Below are positions 18,373 through 21,089 of a stretch of DNA of 21,089 nt, one piece after another. The DNA lies in contig NW_026515676.1 in NCBI RefSeq assembly GCF_025526975.1, forward strand, positions 806,001 through 827,089, given 5' to 3'. The translations under genes were made by a program, and so were the position numbers. Below the pieces are notes generated by a model. It saw only the letters and a program-made list of their open reading frames with translations. It was not told where the DNA came from and searched no databases. The DNA is from Fimicolochytrium jonesii. Lineage: Eukaryota. The first letter of the stretch is position 1; every line of letters starts with the position of its first letter.

Positions 18373-21089
18373 CATGCCAGGTAGTTGTACATTTTCCTAT
18401 CGGGAGTAAGAGTGTTAGCAAGACGGGTCCGAGAGTAATGGATGTTCAGTGTGGGCAACACCTACCGATCAGATTTATCCCTCTCCAAATACTCCCTCTC
18501 AATCAACCCCTCGATCCTCCGCTTCACAATCGCGGGCTCCGGCACAAACCGGCTCGTCGTCTGCTTGATCACCTCGGCGACGAGATTATTATGGTCCAGC
18601 TTCTTGCGCGCCTTCATGATGCGCACGATACACGCCTCTATCTGGTGTTTGCGCGCCTCTTCGATCTTTTCCATCGTTTCGGTGCGTTCTGCGTCGGTTT
18701 CCATTGAATTGCCAGAAATGGCAGCACCGTGGGAGGATTTCGTGGACCCGGCGACTTGCTGGATTTTGAATTTGTACATGGGGGATGTAAACTCCGTGTT
18801 GACTTTAAAGGTGTCGGTGGGGTTGACTGCGGGTCCTTTCGTGCTCTTGAGGAGAATCTTGTGTTTGCCCAGAGCGAGGCTTTGGAGTGTGCGCTTGAGA
18901 TCTTGTTCGGGTATCCCGCTCTTGTCGCTGATGGTCTGGTACGACACTGCCTCGCCGTCCGCCACGTCGTTGAAGACGCCGACAAGGACAAGCATGCCGT
19001 ACGTCGAAACGTTGAACTCCTTATTCCCTTTTTTGAACGATGCCTTGATATCCGCCGTGCCCAATTGGCTCGACCACGTGAGCCGGCGGCCCGAGTGGCG
19101 GGAGTGGTAATATTTGTCGAAATGTTGTTGGCAGGCGGCGACTTCGGGGGGAAAGTGGCAGACTTGATCGGCGCCGATGCCGGTCATCGGCCAGTAGCTG
19201 GATGTGAGGATGCTGATATTGAGGTTGACCATGTCTTTCGGGGCTGTGACGGCGGTTGCGAGGTGGTTGTGGAAGTCGACCATCATGTCCGTGGACGTCC
19301 GCATGTCGTTGAACATGCCTTCCCATTTTTGTGTGAATTGGTAGCCGCATTCGGTCTGAGAATTGGTACAGGTTAGCGCCGCGGCCAATTACCAGAAAGA
19401 GCACCAACGCACAAACATACCTTCAACTTGGATATCATATTCTTCTCCACATCCTCGCTAATACTCTTCCCAAACAATAACCGCTTCGCCAAGTGCTGCT
19501 TGTAGTACCGTTCAAAGATGTCTTTCTCCTGCACGAAGCGGAAGATGGTAACAGTCCGATCCAGCAATGCGTCCACTTCCTCCTCCGATTTCTAGTAAGA
19601 ACCGGATACGAGTCAAATCACCTGCACGACATGAGCAAAACGAACCGAAGTGGTTGCACAACTCACCCCCTTCAACCCCTTCTTCAAATTCTCATCAATA
19701 AACAAGCTGACAAACTCCGGCGCCTTTCTATTCCTATTCAGCGACCGCTCCAGCGCATTATTCATCTCCGTCTCAAAATTCGAATCGTTCGCAAACGAAT
19801 GCTCAAAATACGCGTCCACTTTCTCTTTCAACGCCAACACCTGCTCCACCCATTTCAGCGGGTCCGCTTTCTGCGCGCCCGCCTTTTCCGTATCGGCGGC
19901 GGCGGCGGCGGCGGAGGGGATACTCGACGCGCTGGCCGATTTGCTCATTCGGCTCGGTTGGGATGCGTCGATTCCGCCGACGGTTTGGTTGATTTCGGCA
20001 ACGTGATCTTCCATAAACTGAGAGAGTGTTTGGCGCATCTGGATGTGCCCATTAGGGACCCGCCCGAGGAGCTTGTACATGCGCCGTAAGTCGTCTAGTT
20101 TGTCGTCTTCCATCATCGAGACCATTCCCGAGTTCTCCATCTGTATGCCGATGGAAAGGTTATGAGCGCTCACTACCGTTTGGCTTTGACCTTCATACCT
20201 CGATGATTGTCTTGACATGATTCTCCAGCAGCTGCTTCTCCACCACCCGCCGTATCTTCGGCTCCGTTGCCGGGGTGAGGTAATTATCGATCCTTTGCTC
20301 TTCCTCGATCAATCGTCGCTCGGCCTTTCGTTCAAACGAGCTTTGTCAACATCCCACTGTTCCCCCCATTCTGGAACCGTCGGCTGGCTGGCCGAAACCC
20401 ACCCTTTTGAGATACTCCGTCGCATTGCACTCGTGCAACGACATTCCACTCTCCAGACTGTAAAAGTCATTGCTGGTTTGCAGGAACTGGACCTCGAAAT
20501 CCGTTTCGTAGACTGTGGGCTCGTGGCCAGTTCGTGTGACGTCTGTGATATAGCAACATGCCCAGTCAGGATCCCGCCCCCGGGTAATGGAATGAGAGGC
20601 AGTACTCCCGAGGCTGGAAACCCACCTTTCGCCGACGTCAAACTAACCAACATATCTCGTCACGCTCTTCACAACCAGCCTATCCACAACCTCCCCATCC
20701 CGTTCCAGCAGGATATGGTACAACAAACGAATTGATCAAATGCGTCTGTATCGGATGCTTCCCCGACCGTGTAATGACGTCCCGAACAGGTCGATGCCCG
20801 AATCGTACACCGTCAACAGATCAGCTGCTTCACATAGACCGTATCCTAGAAACCGGCCATTCCCCATTACTCTCATGTCCATTTCAAAACCTAGAACGGG
20901 GCGTCCTGTCGTCTTACCATATACCGCAGGATATCCCTAATCATCTTCAAACACGTCGTATGGTCGTCCCACACGTTGCGGATCTCCTTCAAGAACTCCG
21001 TAGCCCCCGTCATCCCGCCACCTGGCGCCGACTGCGGGAAGAGGGCACGACCTGATCTACGGCGACTTGCTCCAAATGATCGGTGATGA
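18372..21089 (-). CDS. CUL3: Cullin-3, 5'-partial, spliced (apparent frameshifts in 20650-21050)
   Basis: Exons include 20199-20324, 19667-20140, 19421-19591, 18466-19355 and 18372-18396. Motifs: [58 protein letters not shown], neddylation domain [13 protein letters not shown], and terminal [16 protein letters not shown]. Confidence 0.92.

Overview
Eukaryotic DNA with short spliceosomal introns, fungal by gene content (an early-diverging fungus such as a chytrid is my inference, not proven). Host genes: a 5'-partial MedA/DUF7082-like regulator (+, <1-1822), an intronless GNAT acetyltransferase (-, 2550-3404), a complete 10-exon NPL4 (+, 14815-17273) and the 3' part of a cullin-3 gene (-, 18372->21089). 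The centre is a decayed Ty3/Gypsy chromovirus (-, 5432-12025) with 538-bp LTRs and a TTCAA target-site duplication (TSD). It has a -1 gag-pol frameshift signal, a Tf1-type self-priming site and a same-family solo LTR nested inside it. Removing the element in silico reconstructs a Tet-like 2OG-Fe(II) dioxygenase gene (ATG 12132 to stop 4370) that the element split in exon 1. This is the most notable finding. Also present: a diverged solo LTR without a matching TSD, a ~430-bp block present twice (one copy abuts the CUL3 stop codon), and a 203-bp TA-flanked MITE beside an apparent excision footprint. I found no demonstrably new biological system. All family calls come from motif recognition by eye, not database searches.
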